DNA of 60,798 nucleotides from Streptosporangiaceae bacterium (GTDB taxonomy: Bacteria > Actinomycetota > Actinomycetes > Streptosporangiales > Streptosporangiaceae): assembly GCA_036758685.1 (NCBI GenBank), contig DAIOWC010000005.1, positions 1 to 60,798 on the forward strand, read 5' to 3'. Numbering within the stretch: position 1 is the stretch's first letter; the number at the start of each line of letters is the position of its first letter. Made by a program: the position numbers and the translations under genes. Shown piece by piece: positions 26,597 to 38,019 of this stretch. The notes under the pieces are model-generated. The model was not told the DNA's origin, made no database searches, and saw only the letters and a list, made by a program, of their open reading frames with translations.

Positions 26597-27762
26597 CTGC
26601 CGGGGTGGAGCGCGAGACCCGGGACGAGACGACCGCGGCGCTCTTCGAGCTGACCAGGGAGCTGGCGCAGGGTGAGGTGCGGCCGCAGGCTGACGCGGCC
26701 GAGCGCGAGGCGCGGTTCCCCAGGGAGATCTTCCGCACGCTGGGCAAGGCCGGCCTGCTGAGCCTGCCCTATCCCGAGGAGCTCGGCGGCGGCGGCCAGA
26801 GCTACGAGACCTACCTGCAGGTGGTGGAGGAGCTCGCGACCGCGTGGCTGGCCGTCGGGCTCGGCGTCAGCGTGCACACGCTGACGTGCTTCCCCATCGC
26901 GACCGCAGGCACGCCGGAGCAGCAGGAGCGCTGGCTGCCGGGGATGCTCGGCGGCGACCAGCTCGGCGCCTACTGCCTGTCCGAGCCCGCCAGCGGGTCG
27001 GATGCGGCCGCCGTACGGACCCGAGCCGTCGCTGACGGGGATGAGTTCGTCATCGATGGCGTGAAGGCCTGGATCTCGCACGCGGGCCAGGCCGACTTCT
27101 ACACGCTGTTCGCGCGAACGTCGGGCGAGCCCGACGGGCCGGCCAGGGCGAGTGGCATCTCGTGCCTGCACGTTCCGGCCCAGACTCCGGGAGTATCCGC
27201 GGCGGCGCCGGAGCACAAGATGGGCATGCGCAGCTCGGTCACCGCCCAGATGATCTTCGAGGGAGCCCGCGTCCCGGCCGGGAATCTGGTCGGGGAGCGC
27301 GACCGCGGTTTCCGGATCGCGCTGGCCGCCCTGGACGCCGGGCGCCTCGGCATCGCGGCGTGCTCGACCGGGCTGGCACAGGCCGCGCTCGACCTTGCCG
27401 CGCAGTACGCCCGCGAGCGCCGTCAGTTCGGCCAGGCGATCATCGATTTCGAGGGCCTGCAGTTCATGCTCGCCGACATGGCCACCGCAGTCGCCGCCTC
27501 CCGCGCGCTCTACCTGGCCGCGGCCAGGCGCAAGGACGCGGGCCTTGCCTTCGGGCAGCAGGCGGCGATGGCCAAGCTGTTCGCATCCGACACTGCGATG
27601 CGCGTTGCGACCGATGCCGTCCAGGTCCTCGGCGGCTACGGCTACGTGGAAGACTTTCCGGCGGAGCGGCTCATGCGCGAGGCCAAGGTCCTGCAGATCG
27701 TCGAGGGCACGAACCAGATCCAGCGGATGGTGATCGGAAGGCAGCTGGCCAAGCAGACCTGA
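26593..27762 (+). CDS. Acyl-CoA dehydrogenase
   Basis: 389 aa with typical ACAD motifs (CLSEPASGSD, QVLGGYGY, IVEGTNQIQRMVI). The GTG start overlaps the upstream stop (GTGA). Confidence 0.9.
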   Translation: MTAGVERETRDETTAALFELTRELAQGEVRPQADAAEREARFPREIFRTLGKAGLLSLPYPEELGGGGQSYETYLQVVEELATAWLAVGLGVSVHTLTCFPIATAGTPEQQERWLPGMLGGDQLGAYCLSEPASGSDAAAVRTRAVADGDEFVIDGVKAWISHAGQADFYTLFARTSGEPDGPARASGISCLHVPAQTPGVSAAAPEHKMGMRSSVTAQMIFEGARVPAGNLVGERDRGFRIALAALDAGRLGIAACSTGLAQAALDLAAQYARERRQFGQAIIDFEGLQFMLADMATAVAASRALYLAAARRKDAGLAFGQQAAMAKLFASDTAMRVATDAVQVLGGYGYVEDFPAERLMREAKVLQIVEGTNQIQRMVIGRQLAKQT

Positions 27763-27824
27763 CGCGCTTGCCCGCCGAGCTGGCGCGGCCAGCCCGCTGC
27801 TGCCGTCCGAGTAGTACCCGCCGG

Positions 27825-29021
<1,197 letters not shown>

Positions 29022-29209
29022 GGAGGCCTTCCTGCCGCTTGAGGTATCAGACAAAGCGGCCCTGCGGGCCGGTCCTGGCCGGAGCGTACCTTGCGGTTCA
29101 GGGCGCGGCTATCCGGCGGATCATCACCGTTACGCGAGTGTAAGGCCGTGATGGCGCCGTGATCTGCGTGTCTTTCCGCATCCTGCGAGCGAGGCGCTAC
29201 GGTGGCCGG

Positions 29210-29680
29210 GTGGAGGAGATTAACGGCAAGATCATCGCGCTGCTGGCCGAGGACGGGCGGATGAGCTTCACTGAGCTGGCGCGACGCACCGGGCTGTCGG
29301 TGTCTGCCGCTCAGCAGCGAGTGCGCAGACTGGAGCAGCGCGGCGTGATCAAGGGTTACATGGCCGTGATAAACGCGGAGGAGATCGGCCTGCCGATGAC
29401 GGCGTTCGTCTCGATCAAGCCGTTTGACCCGGCGTCGCCTGACGATGCCCCCGAGCGGCTGGCGCACATGTCGGCTATCGAGGCGTGCCACAGCGTTGCC
29501 GGCGACGAGAACTACATCCTGAAGGTCCGGGTGGCCTCGCCGCGCGAGCTCGAGGACGTGCTCCAGGAGATCCGGGCCGCGGCCAGCGTGTCGACGCGGA
29601 CGACGATCGTGCTCAGTACCCCGTTCGAGAATCGCGCGCCGAAGGTCGAGTACCCCGGCTCCGCCTCGTTCCCGGCCTAG
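29210..29680 (+). CDS. Lrp/AsnC-family transcriptional regulator
   Basis: About 156 aa from GTG 29210 (VEEINGKIIALLAEDGRMSFTELARRTGLS...), with an HTH plus a RAM/ACT-like C-terminal domain. The track ORF opens at 29159. Confidence 0.85.
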   Translation: MEEINGKIIALLAEDGRMSFTELARRTGLSVSAAQQRVRRLEQRGVIKGYMAVINAEEIGLPMTAFVSIKPFDPASPDDAPERLAHMSAIEACHSVAGDENYILKVRVASPRELEDVLQEIRAAASVSTRTTIVLSTPFENRAPKVEYPGSASFPA

Positions 29681-30579
29681 GAAGCGACGGCAAACAGGCG
29701 CAGCGCCCCCGCGCCGCCCACATCGAGCCCGAGCGGGATGATCGCCGCGGTGCCGCGGTGCTCGCTTGCCGCGGCCGCCAGTTCGTCCGCCCCGGTGGCC
29801 ACGACCGTCGCGCCGTGCAGCAGGGCGTGGTCAAGGAACGTGGTGTACGACCGCCCGTCGCCCGCTGGCGGCGCGGCCAGCACGACATCCTGCGGCCCGA
29901 TATCGGCGGCCGAGGAGAGGGCGCTGAGCTCGGCGGCCATGTTCAGATGCGTCAGGCCCGCAGCGTGCAGGCTCCCGTCGGCCTGCCGGACGTAGGGAAG
30001 CATCGCCAGCTCGTGCGGGCGAGCGCTCGGCGGGCGCAGTGATCCCATACCCAGCAGCGAGCTGAACGGGGTGGCGGCCGGCGCGTCGCCGAACGCGACC
30101 ACCTGGCGGACCCACGACCGGTCCGCGGCCGCGAGCGCGGCCGAGGCCAGCGGCTCGGCGGTCAGCAGCATCCTCGCGCCGCAGTCGGCAAGCTGCCCGG
30201 CGATCTCGGGGATCGAAAGCTGGCTGCTGACGGGCGACGGAATCCCGCCTGCGGCGCTGATCGCATGGCAGGCCAGCGCGTAGCAGATGGCGTCGGGCAC
30301 GTAGACGCCGACGACATCGCGCGGGCGCAGGCCGCGCCAGGCCAGGCCGGCGGCGGCGCGCTGCACCGTTCCGGCGAAATCGGCGAAGGAATACGGCGGC
30401 TCAGGACGCCGCCCGACCAGCGCAGGCCGGCAGCCGTACGCGGCGGCGGCCGTGATGAGGCGTTGCGTCACCGTGGTCTCGGCAGGCAGTACGGTGCCAG
30501 CCGATGCGCGGCTGCCCCTGCCGCGGGTGTCCGCTGAGGTCACTCGACGACGGTATGCAACCGAGCCGGGTTCTGGCAT
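29677..30579 (-). CDS. Truncated/degenerate adenylate-forming (acyl-CoA synthetase-like) protein
   Basis: The N-terminal region aligns by eye to the 4CL/acyl-CoA synthetase N-domain. The P-loop motif (SSGTTGxPKG) is replaced by VRQADGSLHA. The ORF ends after about 300 aa, with its stop overlapping the lrp stop (CTAG). The start is uncertain. Confidence 0.5.
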   Translation of the reverse strand: MPEPGSVAYRRRVTSADTRGRGSRASAGTVLPAETTVTQRLITAAAAYGCRPALVGRRPEPPYSFADFAGTVQRAAAGLAWRGLRPRDVVGVYVPDAICYALACHAISAAGGIPSPVSSQLSIPEIAGQLADCGARMLLTAEPLASAALAAADRSWVRQVVAFGDAPAATPFSSLLGMGSLRPPSARPHELAMLPYVRQADGSLHAAGLTHLNMAAELSALSSAADIGPQDVVLAAPPAGDGRSYTTFLDHALLHGATVVATGADELAAAASEHRGTAAIIPLGLDVGGAGALRLFAVAS

Positions 30580-30882
30580 CGTCAGGAATGTGTAACTGCA
30601 TATGTATACGCAGACGCCGGTGCCCACTCGGGGGAGGATCGGCGGGCCGCGACCGAGCGCAGGCGATCGGCGCGCCTGCGGCAGTCTGGCGGGAACGAAG
30701 GCTGGCGCCGGAGCCGGCCACCCCCCTCCTGGTGGCCGGCCGCAGCGACGAGCATGGCCCTCGATGAGAGGTTAAGCAGTAGGGGGCTAACTGGACATGC
30801 ATCGATTGACGCATTCTGATGTGCATATTCCGGACTGAACAGCTATGTAGGTCAGGCCCGCGCACCGTGCATACGCGCGGTG

Positions 30883-33444
30883 CTAGCCAGGTCTGGCGGG
30901 GCCGTGCTCGGCGATCCAGGCGGCGACCTGGGCGCGCGAGGTGACGCCGAGCTTGCTGAAGATGTTGGCCACGTGCCTGGCCGCAGTCGCGGGGCTGATC
31001 ACCAGTTCCTCGCCGATGCTGCGATTAGACAGCCCGCGGGCGATGAGCTCCGCGATCTGCCACTCGCGGGCGGTCAGGACCGGCGTCGATGCGGTGCCGG
31101 CCCGGCCAGCGCCGGTGGCCCGGCTGCCGGTGCCGGCCCGGTTACCCGCGGCGGCCGCTTCGGGGCTGGCTTCCCGCAGGCTGGCCGCCTGTGCGGCGAG
31201 CGCGACCGCGCAGCTGACCGCCTCCTGCACGCCGAGCCGCATGCCCTCGGCGAGCAGCCGCGTGGCCGCCTGCTCGCCGACCTGGCGCCTGGCGACCGCA
31301 AGCACGTCATCCAGGCGGGTCTGCGCGGCCGCGGAGCGCACCGGCCCGAGCTGGTCCCGCACCGCGCTAGCCGCGCCCTCCAGGCGCACGGCCGTTGCCG
31401 GGTCACTGGCGGCGACCGCGACGGCCGCCATCGCGTCCAGCCCGCGGGCGATGCCGAGCCGCTGGCCGGTCGCGACGCTGAGCTGCAGGCTCTGGAGGAG
31501 GCTCTCGGCGGCGGAACGAAGATCGCCCGCGGCCAGCGTGACCCAGCCGATCCCGGCCAGACAGCGGGCGATCTCGGTCCTGGCGTCGATCTCCCGGAAC
31601 AGCGCCAGGGCGCTGCGGAAGTGACGCAGCGCGGTCTGGTTGTCGCCCCGCGCCCGGGCGAGGCTGCCGAACCCGTACAGGGCGTTGGCCACGCCCCAGC
31701 CGTTGTTGTCGGCCAGGAGGTCGAGTGCGATCTCGAACGCCTCGCCGGCCTCGTCCAGCCGCCCGAGCCGGGCCAGGACGATGGCCCGGACGGTCAGCGC
31801 CAGGCCCTCCTCCCACTCGTCCTTGTCCGCCCTGGCGGTGTCGATGGCGGCCTGGACGCTGGTGAGCGCCTGATCGGGCTGGCCGGCCCGCAGGCTGATC
31901 AGGCCGAGCAGGCGCAGCCCGCCGGAGCCGCCGGGCATGTCCGCGCTGGCATACAGGTCCAGCGCTGCCTGCGCGGCGGTCGCCGCCTTCACGTAGTCCT
32001 GCTGCTCGAACGCCAGCTCGCCGCTGAGGGTCAGCGCGCGGGCCAGCACCGCGGGACTGACCTCGCCGTCCTGCCGCAGGAACCGGTCGAACCAGGCGCT
32101 GCCCTCGGTCGCGTCGCCATAGACGACCCACGGTGCGCGCAGCGCCGAGCACAGCCGCAGGCCCTGCTCGATCTGGCCGTACTCCAGCGCCGTCGTCAGC
32201 GCCGCCCGGAAGTTCGGCAGCTCGAGGGCGGCCCGCTGGTACAGGACGACGCGCTCGGGCCAGGGCGGGTCGCCGCGCTGGAACGCCTGCGCCACGATGT
32301 CTTCGACCATCGCCAGCATGGAGTCGAGATGGCGCTGCCGGATGGACTCCTGTTCCCCCGAAGCCGCCAGCCGGTCCGCCGCATACCCCTTGATCGTGTC
32401 GAGGAGCCGGTAGCGGGCCGCGCCGTAGACCTCGCCTTCCATGGTCACGAGCGACTTGTCGATGAGGCTGGCCAGCAGCTCGAGCACCTGGGCCGAGGGA
32501 AGCTGCTCGTCCGAGCAGACCTCCTCAGCCATGTCCAGCGTCCAGCCGGAGAACACCGCGAGCCGGCGCAGCAGCGTCTGCTCCCGGCCGGTCAGCAGCT
32601 CGTGGCTCCAGTCGACCGCGGCCTGCAGCGTCTGCTGCCGTGGCGGCGCGGTCCGGTCGCCCGAGGCGAGCAGCCGGAAGCGGTCATCCAGCCGCGCCGC
32701 GATCTGCTCCGCGGACAGCGCCCGCATCCTGGCGGCGGCCAGCTCGATGGCCAGCGGCATGCCGTCGAGGGTACGGACGAGCCCGATGACGGCGGAAGCA
32801 TTCTGCGGGCCGAGTGAGAAGCCCGGCCGCACCGCCGCCGCCCGGTCGAGGAACAGCCGCACCGCCTCATGACCGGCCAGGTCGCTGAGCGGCTCGCCGG
32901 CCCGGGCCTCTGCCGGCGGCAGGGCGAGGGGCGGTACCCGCCAGACGGTCTCGCCGCGGACACGCAACGGCTCGCGGCTCGTCGCGACGATCCGCAGCAG
33001 CGGACATTCGGTGAGCAGCCGGTGGGCGAGCTCGGCGACGGCCTCGATGAGGTGCTCGCAGGTGTCGAGCAGCAGGAGCAGGTGGCGCTGGCGGAGAGCA
33101 TCGGACAGGGTCTCGGTCACCGGCCGGTCCGGCTCTTCCCTGATGCCAAGGGCGGTGGCGACGTGCAGCCCGAGCAGCGCCGGGTCATGGATGTCGGCCA
33201 GCTCGACCAGCCACACGCCGGCGTCGAAGCGGCCGCCGATCTGGGCGGCGAGCCGGCTGGCCAGGCGGGTCTTGCCGACCCCGCCCGCGCCGCTCAAAGT
33301 CAGCATGCGGACATCGGCAAGAAGCATCGCCAGGTCAGCCAGATCCCGCTCGCGACCGACGAAGCTGTTCGGCTCGGCGGGGAGGCGAGGGGCTGCGGGG
33401 TTGCTGATCGCTGCTGTCATGTCGGTATTCCACGTATTCGCCAT
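30883..33444 (-). CDS. LuxR-family regulator with N-terminal STAND/AAA ATPase and TPR-like repeats
   Basis: 853 aa. It has Walker [14 protein letters not shown], a helical-repeat middle region, and a C-terminal LuxR HTH ([44 protein letters not shown]). Confidence 0.85.
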   Translation of the reverse strand: MANTWNTDMTAAISNPAAPRLPAEPNSFVGRERDLADLAMLLADVRMLTLSGAGGVGKTRLASRLAAQIGGRFDAGVWLVELADIHDPALLGLHVATALGIREEPDRPVTETLSDALRQRHLLLLLDTCEHLIEAVAELAHRLLTECPLLRIVATSREPLRVRGETVWRVPPLALPPAEARAGEPLSDLAGHEAVRLFLDRAAAVRPGFSLGPQNASAVIGLVRTLDGMPLAIELAAARMRALSAEQIAARLDDRFRLLASGDRTAPPRQQTLQAAVDWSHELLTGREQTLLRRLAVFSGWTLDMAEEVCSDEQLPSAQVLELLASLIDKSLVTMEGEVYGAARYRLLDTIKGYAADRLAASGEQESIRQRHLDSMLAMVEDIVAQAFQRGDPPWPERVVLYQRAALELPNFRAALTTALEYGQIEQGLRLCSALRAPWVVYGDATEGSAWFDRFLRQDGEVSPAVLARALTLSGELAFEQQDYVKAATAAQAALDLYASADMPGGSGGLRLLGLISLRAGQPDQALTSVQAAIDTARADKDEWEEGLALTVRAIVLARLGRLDEAGEAFEIALDLLADNNGWGVANALYGFGSLARARGDNQTALRHFRSALALFREIDARTEIARCLAGIGWVTLAAGDLRSAAESLLQSLQLSVATGQRLGIARGLDAMAAVAVAASDPATAVRLEGAASAVRDQLGPVRSAAAQTRLDDVLAVARRQVGEQAATRLLAEGMRLGVQEAVSCAVALAAQAASLREASPEAAAAGNRAGTGSRATGAGRAGTASTPVLTAREWQIAELIARGLSNRSIGEELVISPATAARHVANIFSKLGVTSRAQVAAWIAEHGPARPG

Positions 33445-33538
33445 TGCATTCTCGCATTAGTCCGCCGCCCGGGTGGGCACGGCGACAATGAGAACTGCCC
33501 ACTGTAAGCGGTAGCGAACAGGCCCGGCGTGACCCGGC

Positions 33539-36500
33539 TTAGGCGATCGTGACCTCGACTGGCTCGGTGTAGTACAGCCGGCCGAAGTACATGATCTTGA
33601 CAATCGCCCACCACTGCTGGCCCCGGCGCGCGACAGCGGGAGCGGTCACCTCGAACCGGAGCGTGGTTTCCTGACCGGCCTCGGCGCCGAATCCGGTCGT
33701 CCACGGCCGGGCCAGCTGCCAGCTGCCGTGCGGCGAGATCAGCTGGGCCTCGCCCCGGATCTCCGACGCGCAGTGGTTGACGATCCGCGCCCCGATGACC
33801 CCGGTGGAGCCGGGCGCGAGGGCGAGGCTCGCGGCGGCCAGCGTCACCGAGATCTCGCCCGCCTGGGCGTCGTTGACGGCCTGCTGCCGGACCGCGAACT
33901 CTTCCACCGGCAGGTCGACCGGCGGGGCCGCCGGCTGGCCGATGGTCAGCAGCACGCTGTCCTCGAAGACCTGGCCCTGAGCGTCGGTCACGCGCGCCGT
34001 GACGAAGCTACGGCTCGGCGCGAGACCCGGCGCTGCCTGCGCCATCAGGTCCCAGCCCACCTGGCCGAGCGGGGCGAGGTCGTAGCGCAGCGGCCCCGCG
34101 GGCCGGACCTGCACGCCGGCCGGAGCCGCCAGCTCGATGAGCCCGCTCGCGGCCGCGGGGCCGCAGGCCATGGTCAGCCGCAGCGGCAGCGGCTGGCCGT
34201 CGTCGAGCGCCAGCCGGGCCGGAGACAGATGCACGGCCAGCGGCATGTTCCCGGCGGGAGCCGGGCCCTTGCCGTGCAGCCAGTAGCGGGAGTACACGGG
34301 CTGGGCCGGCTCGAGCACGTCAGCCGGGCCGCCGGCGCCCGCCGTCAGCGGGCCGGCTGCCGCCAGCGGGCCGCCTGCCGGGCTGGCTGCCGGGGTGAGC
34401 ACTGAGGTCGCCATCCCCGCCGCGGGCACGGCGATGACGGCCGTCCCGTCCGCGACCGGCAGGTCCGGCCCGGCGGCGTCCTCGCACAGGCTGGCCGACC
34501 GCGCGGCCGCGACCCCGTCATGCAGGCGCACCCGCGCGTCGCCGGCGCCGCGGCCGGCGATGTCGCGCAGGCGCACCGTGACGCCGTCCGCGGGCGCGGG
34601 CTGGCCGGCGGGAGCCAGCGGGTTGCCGGCCGGCTTCAGCGTGGACAGCAGGGCCCGCGGGGAGTTGCGGGGGGTCGTCGGCCCGGCCGGCGGCACTCCC
34701 TCGACGCTGGCCAGGCACGCGGCGGCAGGCAGCGGCCCGGTGTGCAGCCCGGTCGCGACCGTCAGCAGCTCGTGGTTGTAGTCCTGGCCAGCGGCCGGGA
34801 ATCCGGCCGTGCGCCAGTCGCCAGGCCCGGCCGCCAGCGCGTACTCGAATGTGTGGCTCCAGTGCTGCCAGGCGAAGCTCGTCCCGTCGGGCGCGGCGCG
34901 CTTCTCGCCGTCCATCCAGACCCCGCACGGCCAGGTGCTGCAGGACCGCATGAGCGCCATGGTGAGGACGCCGTCCGGGGTCACCAGCCCGCTGGGCGTG
35001 CCGCGGTTGAACAGCCCGACGATGTGCCCGGCGAGCGCGGTGGCGGCGCTTCCCGCGCCGTCGCCGCCCCCGTCGGAGCTCGCCGCCTCGATGACCGAAT
35101 CCTCGAGGTCGGCGACGATGCTGGCGACCTGCGCGGCCACCTCGTCGCCGGCGACGATCAGCACCGGCAGATCGAGTGCGCCGCGCACGTCCGCCCCTGG
35201 CCCGAATGCGTCCGCGCGGCTGCGCGCGGCGGGCAGCCAGAGCCGCGCCTGGCCCGCCGCGATCTGCTCCGCCAGCGCGGCCTGGGCGGGCGGCCCGGCC
35301 GCGGCCAGCACCTCGGCGGTGAACTCGTTGTCCTCGGGGCCGCCGAGACTGATCCGGAAGTCAGGCAGGTTCGAGTCGAGCTGGAGGTAGCCGTACCGGG
35401 GACCGGCCGGCTGCGAGCAGGTGGCGGTGACGCCCTGGCGGGCCAGCGCGGCGACCAGGTCACGTCCGGCCGCGCGCAGCCTCGGCGGGCAGACCACCTC
35501 GGCGACGCCCACCGCCTGCAGCTGCGGGCCGTCCGCGCCGGGCACCCGGACGCGCGCGGTCGAGCCGACCCCGAACCACTCGTTCGCCGGGCAGTCCAGC
35601 GTGTACCAGTGCTCGGCGACGTCGATGTCGATGACGCCGGGCGTGCGGCCGATCACCGACATGGCCGTCTGGTACACCGGCAGGCCGCCGGGCACGTTCG
35701 CCGGGAACGCGACGCGCAGCAGGGTGTCCTGGCCGATCGAGCCGTCAACGTGCGTGCGGAACTCAACCCGGTGGGCCCCGTCGAACAGCAGCGTCTCCTG
35801 CGTGACCCGCAGGCCGCCGAGCGTCAGCTCGGCAACCAGCCGGCTGCCGACCGGGCTGCGCTCGACCCGCACCGCGGCGGGCGCGGCCGAGGCCAGCTCC
35901 GTCGGGGGACCGGCCGGGCAGAGCAGCCACGGGCCCTCGTTCCAGCGCGGGTGGCCGGGATGCTCGGGCTGCAGCATGAGCTCGTTGCCGCCACCGCCAG
36001 AGGCCAGCAGCTCGGTCCCCGACCGCTTGTTCAGAACCCGGCTGAGCGTGCCGCCGCGGGCCGGGTCGGCCTCGACGAGCAGGGCATCGTTCTCGAGGAC
36101 CGGCGGCGCGCCGGGGGCGGGCTGCCAGCCTGCCAGTGCTGACCCGGGGGGACGACCCCCCGGACCCCCCGCGGACAGGTCAACCGCGCGCACCACGTAG
36201 CTGCGATATCCGACGCCGGGCACGTCGCTGGCCCGGAAGGTGATCGTGACTGCGGACAGCCCGCCCTCCGCGGTCCGGCTGATGCCCTCGGCCAGGAACG
36301 GGACGGCTGCGCCGCTGTCGTCGGTCAGCTCGAGCCAGGCCGGCCAGCCGTCGGGCAACTCCAGCGCGATCGAGGCCATCGCGGTCCTGGCGAAGGACAG
36401 CGAATTCACCACCACGACCGCGAGCCCGCCATCGGCACCGAGGCTCGCCGTGTCGGCCAGCCCGGCCAGATGCGCGATCGCCGCCGCCCTGGCCCCTGCT

Positions 36501-37993
36501 CCTCGTTCCCACGCCTCGCGCCAGCCGCCGAGGAGGTCGAGGTAGACCTGGTCGCCCTCGGTCCCGGTGATCGCGTCATGGTGGGCGCCGAACACCAGCT
36601 GGCGCCAGGCCTTGTCCAGGCTTGCGAGCGGATACGGAGCGCCGGTCAGCCACGCCAGCGTGGCGAGGCGCTCGCCGTCGAGGACGGCGATCTCGGCCGC
36701 CCGCTGGCCCTGCTTGGTGTCGATGTAGGTGACGTCCTTGCCGGTGTACAGGGGGTTCATGTCCCTGGTCTGCGGAGTGATCCAGATGTCGCGGTCGGCG
36801 GCCTCGGCCCGGACCGCGGCGAAGAACTCGCTCGGCACCGCCGTGACAAACCGCGGCCAGGCGTAGCGGGCGTTCCAGTCCCGGTGGATGGCGGTCGCCC
36901 AGCGCGGCGGGACCACGTGGTCGCCGCCCACGGGCAGCAGCACGTTGCGGGTCGCGGCCACCGGCGCGAGCTCCCGGAACTGCTCGTAAGCGTCCGTCTC
37001 GGCGCGCTCCAGGGTCTTGGCGTGGTAGCCGGCCAGCCAGCCCGCGCTGTAGTGGTTGGCCATGTAGCCGGTCAGCAGGCCGGTGCCGTCCGGTGACAGC
37101 CACTCGAATTCGGAGGCGAACTGCATCAGCCGGTTGTCGTGGCCCGATCCCTTCGGCCCCCACTGATGGAACGGGCCGCGCGCCCAGGACGAGTCGGTCA
37201 GACCGGCCGCGGCCATGAGGCCGGGGTACCCAGGGTCAAAGCCGAACGCGTCCAGCATCCACGCGGTGCGCGGGGTGCCGCCGAGCACGTCCCGCTGGTA
37301 GGCCAGGCCGTAGACGGCATTGCGGATCGTGGACTCGGCGCAGGTGAGGTTCGTGTTGGGCTCGTTGTAGGTGCCGCCGACCAGCTCGATCCGGCCGGCC
37401 TTGATGAAGTCGAGCAGGTCGGCGCGGTCCTCGGGGTGCGCGTCGAAGTGCGGCTTCAGGTAGTCGATCTCGGCCAGCACGAACTTGTAGTCCGGGTCGC
37501 GGCGGGCGGCGTCCAGGTGCAGCCGGACCAGCTCGAACGCGGTCCGCACCTCCGGCATCTCACCGTGCTCATCGGGCAGCAGCAGCCTGCTCTCCAGGAA
37601 CTGACCCTGCGTGTTCCACCAGACCGGGTCGTAGTGGAAGTGGCTGACCATCCACATGACCCAGCCGGGCTCGGCCACCGTGATGTCGGTGGCCAGCTCG
37701 GCCGTGCCCGCCGGGCCGGACGCGGTGATGAGCACGCTGCGCGACGAGCCGGGCTGGGCGGGGGCGGCAATCTCGACGCCGACTTCGGCCGTCACCTCGG
37801 CGCCCGGCGCGATGCCGGTGACGCTCACGGGCTCGGGCGTGCTGACCGCCGGCCCGTTCACCGCGAGCGTGATCGTGTCCTGCTCGCCTGCCCGCGAGGC
37901 GCCGGTGTTGGCCAGATGTACCCGGATGACCTGCAGCGGGCGGGCCGCGCTGCCCAGGAAGAGATCGGTCGAGTCCGCGCCAGTGATCCGCAT
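33539..37993 (-). CDS. Glycoside hydrolase family 38 alpha-mannosidase, unusually long (about 1484 aa), with no signal peptide
   Basis: The GH38 N-domain pattern VSHFHYDPVWWNTQ is present, with Ig-like N- and C-terminal extensions. The start was trimmed to ATG 37993 because the track ORF (to 38158) would overlap the upstream GNAT gene. It contains repeat copy 3 in-frame. Confidence 0.8.
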   Translation of the reverse strand: MRITGADSTDLFLGSAARPLQVIRVHLANTGASRAGEQDTITLAVNGPAVSTPEPVSVTGIAPGAEVTAEVGVEIAAPAQPGSSRSVLITASGPAGTAELATDITVAEPGWVMWMVSHFHYDPVWWNTQGQFLESRLLLPDEHGEMPEVRTAFELVRLHLDAARRDPDYKFVLAEIDYLKPHFDAHPEDRADLLDFIKAGRIELVGGTYNEPNTNLTCAESTIRNAVYGLAYQRDVLGGTPRTAWMLDAFGFDPGYPGLMAAAGLTDSSWARGPFHQWGPKGSGHDNRLMQFASEFEWLSPDGTGLLTGYMANHYSAGWLAGYHAKTLERAETDAYEQFRELAPVAATRNVLLPVGGDHVVPPRWATAIHRDWNARYAWPRFVTAVPSEFFAAVRAEAADRDIWITPQTRDMNPLYTGKDVTYIDTKQGQRAAEIAVLDGERLATLAWLTGAPYPLASLDKAWRQLVFGAHHDAITGTEGDQVYLDLLGGWREAWERGAGARAAAIAHLAGLADTASLGADGGLAVVVVNSLSFARTAMASIALELPDGWPAWLELTDDSGAAVPFLAEGISRTAEGGLSAVTITFRASDVPGVGYRSYVVRAVDLSAGGPGGRPPGSALAGWQPAPGAPPVLENDALLVEADPARGGTLSRVLNKRSGTELLASGGGGNELMLQPEHPGHPRWNEGPWLLCPAGPPTELASAAPAAVRVERSPVGSRLVAELTLGGLRVTQETLLFDGAHRVEFRTHVDGSIGQDTLLRVAFPANVPGGLPVYQTAMSVIGRTPGVIDIDVAEHWYTLDCPANEWFGVGSTARVRVPGADGPQLQAVGVAEVVCPPRLRAAGRDLVAALARQGVTATCSQPAGPRYGYLQLDSNLPDFRISLGGPEDNEFTAEVLAAAGPPAQAALAEQIAAGQARLWLPAARSRADAFGPGADVRGALDLPVLIVAGDEVAAQVASIVADLEDSVIEAASSDGGGDGAGSAATALAGHIVGLFNRGTPSGLVTPDGVLTMALMRSCSTWPCGVWMDGEKRAAPDGTSFAWQHWSHTFEYALAAGPGDWRTAGFPAAGQDYNHELLTVATGLHTGPLPAAACLASVEGVPPAGPTTPRNSPRALLSTLKPAGNPLAPAGQPAPADGVTVRLRDIAGRGAGDARVRLHDGVAAARSASLCEDAAGPDLPVADGTAVIAVPAAGMATSVLTPAASPAGGPLAAAGPLTAGAGGPADVLEPAQPVYSRYWLHGKGPAPAGNMPLAVHLSPARLALDDGQPLPLRLTMACGPAAASGLIELAAPAGVQVRPAGPLRYDLAPLGQVGWDLMAQAAPGLAPSRSFVTARVTDAQGQVFEDSVLLTIGQPAAPPVDLPVEEFAVRQQAVNDAQAGEISVTLAAASLALAPGSTGVIGARIVNHCASEIRGEAQLISPHGSWQLARPWTTGFGAEAGQETTLRFEVTAPAVARRGQQWWAIVKIMYFGRLYYTEPVEVTIA
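36136..36177. repeat. GC-hairpin repeat, copy 3 (inside the GH38 CDS)
   Basis: gtgctgacccggggggacgaccccccggaccccccgcggaca equals copy 1 with one A>G change and +1 nt in each of three homopolymer runs. Confidence 0.75.
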
Positions 37994-38019
37994 GTGCTCA
38001 TGCTCGCACGCGGCCGGGC

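Noticed and set aside
30713-30740. The 10-bp hairpin gccggccacc/ggtggccggc and the nearby TGCAT-rich segment (30795-30875) as regulatory elements or terminators for the LuxR gene.
   Set aside because: They are plausible, but there is no U-tract, no repetition elsewhere in the window, and no way to assign a strand or function from the sequence alone.
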